Shown in pieces: positions 23,984-33,820 of a DNA stretch of 64,000 bases (positions are counted from its first letter, which is position 1; each line of letters starts with the position of its first letter). Both the position numbers and the translations under genes were made by a program. The notes under the pieces are model-generated. The model made no database searches. It saw nothing but the letters and a program-made list of their open reading frames with translations, and was not told the DNA's origin. The DNA comes from Candidatus Sumerlaeia bacterium (lineage in GTDB: Bacteria; Sumerlaeota; Sumerlaeia; SLMS01). The DNA lies in NCBI GenBank assembly GCA_038208905.1, contig JBBQYG010000002.1, positions 3,626-67,625 on the forward strand. Reading direction: 5' to 3'.

Positions 23984-24014
23984 GTACCAGAATCCTGACA
24001 CAGGATTCTGGTAC
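23984..24014 (+). terminator. Perfect 14-bp inverted repeat (GTACCAGAATCCTG-ACA-CAGGATTCTGGTAC), likely hairpin terminator or recombination/operator site
   Basis: Seen directly; followed by CGCCTTTGTTTAATC. Lies 150 bp downstream of the YciF paralog and 230 bp from tRNA-Ser. Confidence 0.4.
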
Positions 24015-24246
24015 ACGCCTTTGTTTAATCGGCGGGGATCAAACAGGGGTCGGTTCTGAAAGCAGCGGCCGATAGGTACATGCAAGGTGCAATCCGAGAA
24101 TCTGCGCCGAATGGGGACATAATTGGACTTATGCATTCTCACCAATCGCCAAGCTGGGACTATTTTTGACGCTTGGAGGCGGACGTTGGCACAAACCCGG
24201 AGCCAGAATCCATGGGCCGCCGTCGTATCAATGTGGAGGGAGGAAG

Positions 24247-24337
24247 TGGCGGACAGGGAGAGATTCGAACTCTCGGTGGGGGTTTAGCCCACACACGCGT
24301 TCCAGGCGTGCGCCTTAAACCACTCGGCCACCTGTCC
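24247..24337 (-). tRNA. tRNA-Ser (anticodon GGA), with encoded CCA
   Basis: Reverse complement reads GGACAGGTGGCCGAGTGGTTTAAGGCGCACGCCTGGAACGCGTG...GAGAGTTCGAATCTCTCCCTGTCCGCCA: 7-bp acceptor, D-arm, anticodon loop CUGGAAC, long variable arm (type II), T-arm GTTCGAATC. Confidence 0.85.
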
Positions 24338-24433
24338 ACTGCCTGCGGTGCCGGGGAACTGCCCAGCGCCGCAGAGGAGCGGGAGTAGAGTGGGGGCCCC
24401 GGGTCAGGTCAACGGGGAAGTGGCGCACCCCCC

Positions 24434-25102
24434 TCAGATCGCGAAGCCGCGCCCCGGGCCGAAGTAGAAGATGTCCCCGTCGCTGATTGTTCCATTGGTG
24501 GGGTCATAGATCTGGCCGCTGCCGTGGACGTGGGGGCCCGTGGGCGCGGTGATGTGGGGCACGTTCATGTCGTGCTTTTTGTCGGGACCAAAGCTGACGA
24601 AGAAGTAGGCCACGTTGGATGGTGGCTCCTGGCCGGTAACCTCCAGAAAGAACACCCGCCACACAGTGTTCCAGTTGGAGGTGGGGGAGTTGTTCCGGCG
24701 GATCTGAACATAGTCCCACGTGATGCAGTGATAGATTTGAGACTCGCCATGCCGCACTTTTTCCGCAAAGGGATCGTTGGAAAGCGACGTGATATAGGCC
24801 ACCGGCGTCGTCAGCAGGATCGGCAGGCGCGTTTCCATCGGGTTCACCGTCAGCGCCATCACGGGGCTGGGGATATAGGCCCCCCTATCGTCGGACGGAA
24901 CGGCATAGCGGCCGTTGTCCACATGGTAGGCCTCCATGGCGACGGAGAAGGAGCGCATGTCGCTCTTGACGCGAGATATCTTGGAGCGGGTCTGGGCCTC
25001 CAGAAAGTTGGGCACCGCGATGGCCGCAAGGATGGCAATGATCGCGACGACGATGAGGAGTTCGATGAGGGTGAAGGCACGGCGGGGGCTGGCGTGTGGC
25101 AT
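24434..25102 (-). CDS. Prepilin-type N-terminal cleavage/methylation-domain protein (type II secretion pseudopilin-like)
   Basis: N-terminus MPHASPRRAFTLIELLIVVAIIAILAAIAVPNFLEAQTRSK is a class III signal/prepilin motif. A His...DG motif (HGSGQIYDPTNGTISDGD) lies near the C-terminus. Confidence 0.75.
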   Translation of the reverse strand: MPHASPRRAFTLIELLIVVAIIAILAAIAVPNFLEAQTRSKISRVKSDMRSFSVAMEAYHVDNGRYAVPSDDRGAYIPSPVMALTVNPMETRLPILLTTPVAYITSLSNDPFAEKVRHGESQIYHCITWDYVQIRRNNSPTSNWNTVWRVFFLEVTGQEPPSNVAYFFVSFGPDKKHDMNVPHITAPTGPHVHGSGQIYDPTNGTISDGDIFYFGPGRGFAI

Positions 25103-25139
25103 GGGGGGTGGCTTTCGGGGTTGCTATCGCTATTGATAA

Positions 25140-25155
25140 GTCAATTTCAATTGAC
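25140..25155. promoter_or_regulatory. Palindrome GTCAATT-TC-AATTGAC in divergent promoter region between pilin-like gene and secreted-protein gene
   Basis: Seen directly in the 136-bp AT-richer intergenic region; candidate operator for a dimeric regulator. Confidence 0.3.
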
Positions 25156-25238
25156 CGCGCCCCGTCAAGCCCCTTTTCATGAGAATGCATTCGCAATAAG
25201 GCCACGGCCTACATCCATCCCAAGGGAGCATTGCCACC

Positions 25239-26414
25239 ATGAAGGCATTCACCGCAGGCGCCGCGCTGGCCGCGTCGCTCGTTCTCGCCTCCGCCGCTCA
25301 GGCGCAGGTCAATTTCAACACCGTCGTCTCCATCACCCAGGAACTGACCGTTGCGGAGATCGAAACCGCGCTCTCCGCCGCCAGCACCTTCCGCATCGAC
25401 GGCGTCGCCCTTGGGCCGGCAGGGACGATCTTCATCGTCCACGCGTCCACCACGGGCGCCAAGACCATCGCCCGGTTCGACGCAACGGCGGCGACGCCCA
25501 CGGCGCTCTATTCCAAGAGCACCGCGCAGTTGAAGGCCGACCTGGGCGGCGTATATGCGTCGGAGGCCACCTTCCCAATCCTCGTCTCGGAACTCGTCTG
25601 GGATCCCAGTACCGGCACCAATGGCACCCTCTACTTTGCCGACGAGTCCACGGTGACCACCGGCGAGTATGCCGTGCTGCGCCTCAATCTGGACACGAAC
25701 GTTGCCAGCGAAGTGCGCCGCAACAACGACATCGCCGGATGGAACAGCTTTGGCGTGCTCGCCTCCGGCAACCTGGTCGGCGCGCTTGGCGAGGAGCACG
25801 AGGTCCTCACCGGGGGCGAGCCCCAAGTGGGCAGCCTCAACGTCACCAGCGGTGTCTATACAGAGGTCGCCGACGTGGACGACTTCATCGCGAAGGCCGT
25901 CCCGGCGCTTGGCCCCACCGACGAACTCCCGCCCGAGACCATCGCCGTCAATCCCGCCAATAACGACGTCTACGTCTTTGGCCACGACAACTTCCGCATC
26001 TTCCGCGTCACCAACTTCGAGTCGGTGACATTCAATCCCGCCACCGACATCGCCCAGCTAGACATCCCCGAGTGGAACGGCGGCGACCTGAACCCCGGCT
26101 TTGTTGACCTTCACGGCTTGGCCGTGGACGAGGACGGCAACGTCTATGGATTCGACGAGGGGAACGAGGCCATTGTGATCTGGAACGGCACCGACACCTT
26201 TGACATCCCGCTCGACGACATCACGACCGCCATCGGCGGCACCGTGGGCGTCAGCGACTTCGAGCCCACGCTCTGGCGCGGACTCAAGGCCCGCAAGGTC
26301 AACGCCACCCAGAGCGAAGTCTGGCTCTCCAGCGGCACCGACGACTACGGCGTCGTGCGCATCATCCTCGGCAATGGCCCGCTGTCCGTCGCAAATTGGC
26401 AGATGTTCCAATAG
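25239..26414 (+). CDS. Secreted hypothetical protein (signal peptide, Thr/Asp/Gly-rich beta-type repeats)
   Basis: MKAFTAGAALAASLVLASAAQAQ signal peptide with AQA cleavage site; GGGAG RBS. No recognisable catalytic motif. Confidence 0.5.
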   Translation: MKAFTAGAALAASLVLASAAQAQVNFNTVVSITQELTVAEIETALSAASTFRIDGVALGPAGTIFIVHASTTGAKTIARFDATAATPTALYSKSTAQLKADLGGVYASEATFPILVSELVWDPSTGTNGTLYFADESTVTTGEYAVLRLNLDTNVASEVRRNNDIAGWNSFGVLASGNLVGALGEEHEVLTGGEPQVGSLNVTSGVYTEVADVDDFIAKAVPALGPTDELPPETIAVNPANNDVYVFGHDNFRIFRVTNFESVTFNPATDIAQLDIPEWNGGDLNPGFVDLHGLAVDEDGNVYGFDEGNEAIVIWNGTDTFDIPLDDITTAIGGTVGVSDFEPTLWRGLKARKVNATQSEVWLSSGTDDYGVVRIILGNGPLSVANWQMFQ

Positions 26415-26465
26415 TGGAAACAAGGGTGGTGGGCTGGGGATCCATGCCCCCGGCCCGCTACTCCG

Positions 26466-28738
26466 CCGTGCCGACCGGCAGGACATCAACAACGATGATA
26501 TTCTCCGCGCCAAGCGCGACCTCCACCTCGGCGGATTCCCCCTGCCACTTGCCGTCGCGGGAGCGGAAGGTGGCGCGGTAGCGGCCGGCGGCGATGCGGA
26601 GAAACTGGGCTGCGGGCGTGATGACTGCTCGTTTTCTCCAGATAATTGCGGCGTGGATACGAAGGGCCCGAGGCGATCCAGAGTCACGTCGCCATCCACC
26701 GCGGCTTGTTCTGTTGGGAAGACGAGCGCGATGCCCACGTCGCGGTAGTGGATCGTGAAGTCTTGGTGCTGCTCTGCTTCATGACGATTTCAAGGGGGCC
26801 CGATGCGGCGGTGATATTGTGCAGGTCGATACGGTCGTAATCGGCATGCATGATCGAGAGATTGTCGATTCGGCTGCTCTCGCCAAGGCCGCCGATGGTG
26901 AAGTTGCCATCGGCATCCGTGGGCACGGTTGCGCCCATTTCGAGTGTCTGGCCCGTCCTGACGATGTTGGGATTCACCTCGGCTCCGGCAATCGGCTTGC
27001 CGTCCTCGTTGCGGAGGGTGCCGATCAACTCCAATCCCTCGCCGAGTTCGATGTCAACATTTCGCCGATATTCGCCGGGGGCGAGTTCCAGCGTCTGCGG
27101 CGGCGGCGCGGTGTGGCCACTCTTCCCCACGCTGACCGCGGAGGCGACGCCCGCCTGGATGACAACGCGCCCGTGGGGAACCCGCTCGATGTAGTAGGTG
27201 CCATGGACGCCGGTGTTCACATTGGCGTTGAACGATTGGGCCCCCCCGGTGGTTGCACTCACAAGAATCCGCACGCCCTCCACCGGCTGTCGGCTTGCAT
27301 CGCGGACGGTGCCAGAGATGGAGGCGTCCTTGCGAAGGATGAATCGCGTTTCCTCGCCTTCCCCGACGCGGGGAAACTCCATGGACTTTGCGTCCGAACC
27401 GACGCCCTCCAACATGGCGGTCGCTTGGCCCGTGCCGCCGGATGGACCCATCACACGGAACCGACCACCATTGCCCGCCTTCAGGGTCGTGCGGGAAATG
27501 TTCGACCCACGGACTGATAAAATCGCTCCGTCGGCAGGTGTCTTCTCGTCCTCGAGGAGGACGATCCCCCGTGCATAGACACCCTTGGCAAAGCGCAGCT
27601 CCACGTGGGGTGGCTTGGCATGGTTGTGTATATACACGATGACGGTATTCGGTTCGCTGAATTGCGGTTCGGCAACTTGGACATGACCGTCGGGCGGATT
27701 TATATACAGTAGCACGCCGCTGCCGAGCATCGGGCCGGGAACATTCCTGAGCACGAAAGTCCCATCGGCACCGGAGATCGCCACCGGCGCCGGCTTGTTG
27801 GCCGGGGCACCCTCCACGAAGTTGGACTGGGAGACCTTCACCCCCGGAATCGGGGCACCGGTGGAGTCATCCAACGTCGTTCCTGCAACGGATATGAATG
27901 GTGGAAAGCGAATCTCGATATCGGCGTCCGAACGGTTGCGAAGGTCCACCATCGTGATGGCGCTCCTGGCAGATAGGCCATCAGGCGACCGGAGCTCCGC
28001 CGTCACAACGTAGTTCCCGGGCCCCAATCCGGCGAACTCGAATGCGCCGTCCTCATCGGTGATCGTGGATTCGCCAAAGAGTCCCGCCAGGATGTTCCCA
28101 GAGGGACCTCGCGCGGTTGAGTTGCCAGCCACCACCTTTGCTCCCTCAATGGGAGTGCCGTCGACCTCCACTGCACGCCCACGGATGGTGCGGTCGCCCC
28201 GTGCCAGACGAATCGTCACGTCGTTGGAGCCAGCATTCACCCCCTCGGCGATGCCGGGCGCAAACCCCGGCGCGCGCGCGAGAATGGTAAAGGGAATGGA
28301 GTCCTCCACTCCCTCGATGCGGAAGTTCCCGGATGCGTCGCTTGCGGCCCACGCCATCGAGAAGACATTGCCAATCGCCTCGTGCCGCGGGCCGGTGCGC
28401 TGGCGCTCGATTCCGGGCGCTGCCACGAGCATCGCGTCGGCGATTCCCGCGCCCGATTCGTCCACGACACGCCCGGCAACGGAGCCGCCCGGGAGGAGTT
28501 GAATCACGATCTCGCCCCGCCGAGCCACGTCGGGATAGATATTGACCGCGCAGGCGAGGAACCCCGGCGCCTCCCTTGGATTTCGCGAGGCAAGAAGTAG
28601 GCGCACGAGACCGACAGAGCAAGGCGAGTCGTGCGCGCGATGCCGCCTTACTACTTCCAGAGCCGAAATCCACGGTGGCATTGGCGCCTTGCCAATGCAC
28701 GACCATGCCGCGGGTGCCGCTGCACGGGCGAGACGCAC
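26466..28738 (-). pseudogene. Truncated/frameshifted paralog of the giant carboxypeptidase-regulatory-like (CarbopepD_reg) repeat protein
   Basis: 684-aa ORF (26684-28738) carries about five GRVVDESGAGIADAMLVAA...SGNFRIEGV-type repeats, colinear with the N-terminal two-thirds of the 1374-aa neighbour, but no N-terminal TM anchor. After GPLEIVMK the frame diverges. Homologous C-domain pieces (DFTIHYRDVGIALVFPTEQAAVDGDVTLDRLGP; AAGRYRATFRSRDGKWQGESAEVEVALGAENIIVVDV) are found in two other frames down to a stop at ~26466, with roughly 400 aa deleted relative to the intact copy. Confidence 0.55.
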
Positions 28739-28810
28739 CGTGCTACTGTGCTTCGCGCGCCCGGGAAATAGAATCAGAGACTACGGAGGTCCGTTTTTCG
28801 GAAAGTTGCC

Positions 28811-28847
28811 CAAATAATAAAGCGGTGCGGGCAAATGCCCGCGCCGC
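28811..28847 (-). terminator. Rho-independent terminator of the 1374-aa gene
   Basis: On minus strand: GCGGCGCGGGC-ATTT-GCCCGCACCGC hairpin followed by UUUAUUAUUUGGG. Located 55 nt after the stop at 28902. Confidence 0.6.
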
Positions 28848-28901
28848 TCCATTGCCTTTTTCCCCGCCGTTCCCTGCTTCTCCCTGCTTTTCCCTGCCTT
28901 C

Positions 28902-31900
28902 TCACTGCTGTTTCTGCATCCACACGCCACCGTTGCTGACGCCGGCGGCCTTGATATAGGCAACGACGGTGAAGCGGGCGCCGGGTTCGAAGGCGGGGAC
29001 GGCGAGGCGGTAGATGTGGTCGCGGCGCGTATATCCACTCCAGCCGATGTGGCTGTCGGTGGCTATCTCTCCGCCGTTCATCTTCAGCGCGGCTCTCTCG
29101 ATCTGGAGACCCTCGGCGCCGTTCTCGTAGTCGAAGAGCACCTGCCAGAATCCGGCGCTGGTGATGATGGCGGTGGCGTCGAATTCCACGGCGTGGACGG
29201 CGTCGCGTTTTTCGGTCTCGGCCCACGACCCAAGGCGTTGTCGTCCGGCATTGTCGGCGACCTCGATGACTAGGATGTTCTCCGCCCCTACCTGCACGTC
29301 CGCCTCCTCGGAGGTTCCCTGCCACTTGCCGTCGGGGGATCGGAAGGATGCCTTGTAGCGGCCAGCGGCGACGTTGACGAATGTGGCGGACTCGCGACTG
29401 ACGGTCTGCTTGTCGGTGAGGCGATACAGTTGCTCAGTATTGGTGGCGACGGGTGCTAGGAGGACATCGCCACCCACGGGGTCCTGTCCCACGGGATAGA
29501 CAAGCGCGACGCTGACGGCGCAGAGGGCGATGACGAATTCCTTCTCCTGCGCGTCGGGCGTGGGGGTGATTTCGAAATCACCCACGCGGACCGGCTCCGG
29601 GAACATGTTGCCCACGCGGCGAGACATCATTAGGCGATACCTCCCCGGCGCGAGGAGGCCCGTGAAGCGCCCGGCCTCTCCGCGGTTGGAGAAGGCGGTC
29701 CTGGATGCGGTTTCCCCGGCGGTGGGATTGGTGGGCATGGCGCTGAAGGTTACGTTGTTGTCGGCGGCGAGGGCCGTCAGGCCGTTGGGCCCGCTGGATT
29801 TGATGATCGCGGTGAAGGCGATCTCTCCGCTGAAGTCGAAGTTCTTCTCGATGCGCTCGCCCGGCTTGAGCTGGAGCGACTCGCTCTTGGTGAAGTTGGC
29901 GTCGGCCAGCGTGACAATGATGGATGCCCGGCCCGTGGCGATATTGGTTAACTCGTACTCGCCCTCGGCGCCAGCGGTGGCGCTGCGCGCCGCGTCATTG
30001 TTCCCATAGTACGATATCCGCGCCGTGGTCGCCGGCTTCCCATCCCGTCCGATGATCCTTCCAAACACCGACGCCTTGGACCCAAGCCGCAGGGTGATCT
30101 GCGCCGACTCGCGTCCGGCTACCGCTGCGGACTTCTCGGTATTCTGGTCCTCCGCGGGCTGATCGAGCCCGTCCTTCGCCGCGGAGAGGTGATAGTCGCC
30201 GGGGATTACCCCCGAGAGGGCGAACATGCCCTCCGCGCTTGTATAGACATTGGCGGGATCGAACGCGCCGTGGGTGGGGATGTTGTACCACTGGACGCGC
30301 TTGCGATAGAGCCCCACCGACGCCATGGCGACGGCCTCGTCCCCCTCACCGGAGACCACCCGCCCCACCAGGACTCCGCGCGGGCCAAGAGTCACGGCGG
30401 CCTCGGGCGCTTCCTTTCCCTGCTCCACCTTGATCGTGACGACGCCCACGTCGCCAGTCACGTCGGTTCCCGACTCCACGATCTGATAGGTGTGATCGCC
30501 GGAAGTGACCCCCTTCATCCGCAGCAGTCCGCCTGCCTCGAGGACTTGGGTAGAGGGTTGGCCCGCGGGCCGGAGGATTCCATACCCCTGTTGGTAGACT
30601 TCGCGGTACAGCACGCTTGCTGGCGCGGATCCATCGGCGCGCACCACGCGAATCGTGGCGGAGCCGCGGGGCTTGATCACGATCTCCAGCGGCCCAGACG
30701 CGATGGTAAGGTTTTCCCGGCTGATGGGATCATAGTCCTCATGGCTGATGGACAGGTTGTTGATGACCGTGGTTTCCTGAAGGCTGACGATGGTGAACTT
30801 CCCCTCCGCGTCGGTGGTGGTGTTCCGGTCAACCCATGCGCTCTGGCTGTACACATTGGGATTCACGCTGGCATTGGCGATCGGCTCGCCCTTCTCGTTC
30901 TTGACGGTGCCTGTCAGGGTCAGCCCCTCGTCCAGCACGAAGTCCACGGGGCGGCGGTATTCGCCCGGCTTCAGGTCCAGCGTCTGCACTGGTGGCTGGG
31001 TGTACTTCTTTAGGTTTTCCCAGAGCGGAGATCCGCGGTCGTTGTGTTGGTCGAGGGAGGCGTGAATCTTGGCCTGGCCGTGGGGAACGTTTTCCAGATA
31101 GTAGGAGCCATCCTTGCCCGTCGCCACCCTACCACCGTTGAAAGTCGTCATCTGCCCGCTCATGAGTGTGACGCCAGCCATGACGAAGACGCCCTCGACA
31201 GGCTCACCCGCGGGACCGCGGACAGTTCCGGAGATCGCTGCGTTCTTCTTCAGGATCAGGCGCACCTCGTCCGGCTCGCCGGTGGAGGGAATCACGACGT
31301 CCATTCGGTCCGTGCCGAATCCAGCAAGCGCCGCGAAGACATTGGCCTGATAGCCGGGAAGGCCCAGCACGACAAAGCGCCCCTCGCTGTCGGTGTTGAC
31401 GCTGGTGGCGCTTCCGCGTTCCCGCTGCATCGTCACCTCGGCCCCTGCCGCGGGGGTCGCTTCGTCGTCCTTGAGGACAACCCCATTCACCGTGACTCCC
31501 TTGGCGAAGCGCAGTTCGACTTTCGGCGGAATTGATGGATCGGGAATCTGAAGATGAACTTGGTCTCCCCAGTTCCGGAGATCGGGGGCCTTGAGATAGC
31601 CCGTCGGCGGCAGGGAATAAATGGCGATGCTCTGGCCCTGCATCGTCACTTGATCGAGCGTGAACGTTCCGTCGATGCCGGAGGTGGCGACGGGAGCCTC
31701 GCGATTGGCGGGAGCGCCCTCGCTGAAATTGGACGTGGAGACCTTGACCCCGGCAAGTGGGGCCCCTGTGGTGTCCTCCAGCGCGATGCCCGTGATCGAT
31801 ACCGGCTTGGGAAAGCGCAACTCCACCTCGGCGACTTTCTCGGTCGTCAGATCAACGCTTTGATTGATCTGTCGCTTGGGAATCCCTTGGGGGCCCATCT

Positions 31901-33026
31901 CCATCGCTATCACCACGTACTGCCCGGGTCCAATGGAGGCGATCTCGAAGGCCCCCTGGGCATCCGACGTGGTGGTGGTGCTCGCGGGCACCATCAGCAT
32001 GTTCAGGATCCCAATTTGCGCATTGGCCACGACGGAGGCGCCGGCCACCGGAGCGCCATCAGGCTCGAGCACGCGCCCGCGGATGACGCGGTCGCCAGCC
32101 TCCAGCTCGATCACCAGGGCCTCCATCCCCGGCTTCACGCCCTCCTTGGTCGTGGCGACGAAATTCTTGGCCTTGGCCACCACGGAGTAGGTTGAGGATT
32201 CCTCCGTCCCCTGAAGGACGAAATTCCCCGACGCGTCGGAAACGCCATTCGCAATCGAGTAGCTCATTGCCACCGCCGAGTCGGCCTGCATCCCCCCCAT
32301 TGGCATCCCGTTGGGAGCGGCGATCAGCTTAGCCTCGGCGATGCCCGCGCCGCCCTCCTTCGCCACAACCCGGCCGGTGATTGTCCCACCCTTTTTCAAC
32401 TCAATGCGGATTTCCTCTTTGCGCGCCACCGTGGTATTAATGGCGCTCATGGAAGTCGCGAATCCCGGCGCCTCCACGACGATCGCGATAAAGTTCTGAC
32501 CCTGTGGCATCTGGGGAGTTCCAAGCGTCCACGGAATCTCGAACCGGCCATCGGCACCCGTCTCGCCAAGAAACTCGGCATCGGGAATCTCTCCGCCCAT
32601 GAAGCGCATGACAGTGCGCCCCATCCCCGAAATGCGCGCACCAGCAACGCCGGCACCGCCATCCGCCGCAACGACGACGCCCTTGAGGACGAGACCAGAA
32701 TTGGCGTCCTGCGCGATGCCGCCGTGGCCCGCATCAGCCTCGGGGGCGGTCTCCACCGTTGGTTCGGGAGTGGGTTCTGCCACTGCGGGCTCAACCGTGC
32801 CGCCGGGAAGCGCGGGCAACGCCTCCACCGCGACCACCGCGTTGGAGGCGATCTCCATCGCGGGCTGCCCGCCCCCGGTCTCTCGTCCGCGCATGATGAA
32901 AACCACCGCGACAACCACGACCAGCAACGCCGCCAGAATTCCAACGATTGCCTTTGTATTCGAGCCACCCAGCCGATACCCCGCCACGCCGAAAAATCGA
33001 CGAACCATTCCCGCCACCTCGCGCAC
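28902..33026 (-). CDS. Giant membrane-anchored surface protein with ~8 carboxypeptidase-regulatory-like (PF13620-type) domains and a ~500-aa C-terminal domain of unknown function
   Basis: N-terminal signal-anchor (KAIVGILAALLVVVVAVVFIM). Repeated ~90-aa units with G(R/T)VV..DGxPVAGAxV...TDxxGxFxL motifs. C-terminal region has no recognised catalytic motif. Confidence 0.6.
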   Translation of the reverse strand: MREVAGMVRRFFGVAGYRLGGSNTKAIVGILAALLVVVVAVVFIMRGRETGGGQPAMEIASNAVVAVEALPALPGGTVEPAVAEPTPEPTVETAPEADAGHGGIAQDANSGLVLKGVVVAADGGAGVAGARISGMGRTVMRFMGGEIPDAEFLGETGADGRFEIPWTLGTPQMPQGQNFIAIVVEAPGFATSMSAINTTVARKEEIRIELKKGGTITGRVVAKEGGAGIAEAKLIAAPNGMPMGGMQADSAVAMSYSIANGVSDASGNFVLQGTEESSTYSVVAKAKNFVATTKEGVKPGMEALVIELEAGDRVIRGRVLEPDGAPVAGASVVANAQIGILNMLMVPASTTTTSDAQGAFEIASIGPGQYVVIAMEMGPQGIPKRQINQSVDLTTEKVAEVELRFPKPVSITGIALEDTTGAPLAGVKVSTSNFSEGAPANREAPVATSGIDGTFTLDQVTMQGQSIAIYSLPPTGYLKAPDLRNWGDQVHLQIPDPSIPPKVELRFAKGVTVNGVVLKDDEATPAAGAEVTMQRERGSATSVNTDSEGRFVVLGLPGYQANVFAALAGFGTDRMDVVIPSTGEPDEVRLILKKNAAISGTVRGPAGEPVEGVFVMAGVTLMSGQMTTFNGGRVATGKDGSYYLENVPHGQAKIHASLDQHNDRGSPLWENLKKYTQPPVQTLDLKPGEYRRPVDFVLDEGLTLTGTVKNEKGEPIANASVNPNVYSQSAWVDRNTTTDAEGKFTIVSLQETTVINNLSISHEDYDPISRENLTIASGPLEIVIKPRGSATIRVVRADGSAPASVLYREVYQQGYGILRPAGQPSTQVLEAGGLLRMKGVTSGDHTYQIVESGTDVTGDVGVVTIKVEQGKEAPEAAVTLGPRGVLVGRVVSGEGDEAVAMASVGLYRKRVQWYNIPTHGAFDPANVYTSAEGMFALSGVIPGDYHLSAAKDGLDQPAEDQNTEKSAAVAGRESAQITLRLGSKASVFGRIIGRDGKPATTARISYYGNNDAARSATAGAEGEYELTNIATGRASIIVTLADANFTKSESLQLKPGERIEKNFDFSGEIAFTAIIKSSGPNGLTALAADNNVTFSAMPTNPTAGETASRTAFSNRGEAGRFTGLLAPGRYRLMMSRRVGNMFPEPVRVGDFEITPTPDAQEKEFVIALCAVSVALVYPVGQDPVGGDVLLAPVATNTEQLYRLTDKQTVSRESATFVNVAAGRYKASFRSPDGKWQGTSEEADVQVGAENILVIEVADNAGRQRLGSWAETEKRDAVHAVEFDATAIITSAGFWQVLFDYENGAEGLQIERAALKMNGGEIATDSHIGWSGYTRRDHIYRLAVPAFEPGARFTVVAYIKAAGVSNGGVWMQKQQ

Positions 33027-33321
33027 ACGAATTTACAGCACCGACGATTATGACTCTCACAAGTCAGAGCAAGGTTAGATACGCAGATGGCGGATTTATA
33101 TTCAGCGCCACCCGCGAATTCACCGAACCCCGTCGAAACGCACCATCGCAAGCAAGTCGCGGATTGAGTGACCGTGGATTTGGATGCGGTTGGAACCTTC
33201 CAGAATATATAGTTATCTCCACCATTTCCAATCGCCGTCCATGTCGCAGCAAATGACGATCCGCCATCGGATGCGGCGCGCGCGGCACCGTGCCCTCCCT
33301 ACTGCTTGGGTGGCTCATGCG

Positions 33322-33820
33322 TCACCACGATCTCACATGGTCTTCCGCGCTTGCCTTCAGCGATACCTGATTTGCCACGTCGATCCCTTCCAATCGAAAG
33401 GAGCCATCATCGCCGACGACCTTTTGGTGGGAGACACCGATCTTGCCACTTTGGCCGGGATTCCCGGGCGAAGAGAGTGACGCTCGCACCATGGCGCCCG
33501 CCACCGGGGCGCCCGCGTCATCCAACAGGCGGCCCGCCATAAAGGATCCCTTGCCAAGCTACGCGCGCAGCTCGCTCTCTCCACCTTTAATTCTCGCGTG
33601 GAGGAACTCGGACGCATACCCTCTCGCGCGGACATTGAGTGGCGCGCGGCCGATCACGCTTCCCGTACTGCGGAAGACAATCATCGCCGTCGTAACATCA
33701 AAAGTGCCATCGGCCCCCGATGCGCCGAGGAGCGTTTCGTCCGGCTCCGCCGAGTTGCGCCGATAGATGACCTGAAACAGCTCCGCCCCCGCGATCGGCG
33801 CGCCAACAGCGCGCCCACCA
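33322..33820 (-). pseudogene. Remnants of a third CarbopepD_reg-domain gene (two domain fragments in different frames)
   Basis: Minus-strand translations MAGRLLDDAGAPVAGAMVRASLS...GDDGSFRLEGIDV (33322-33540) and ...VALVGGGRAVGAPIAGAELFQVIYRR...GASGADGTFDVTTAMIV (C-terminal part of the 33559-34110 ORF) match the repeat unit of the neighbouring giant proteins. No intact start or continuous frame. Confidence 0.45.

Noticed and set aside
24524-25963. 479-aa Arg/His/Gly-rich ORF
   Set aside because: Overlaps both the pilin-like gene (antisense) and the secreted-protein gene (alternate frame); compositional artefact.
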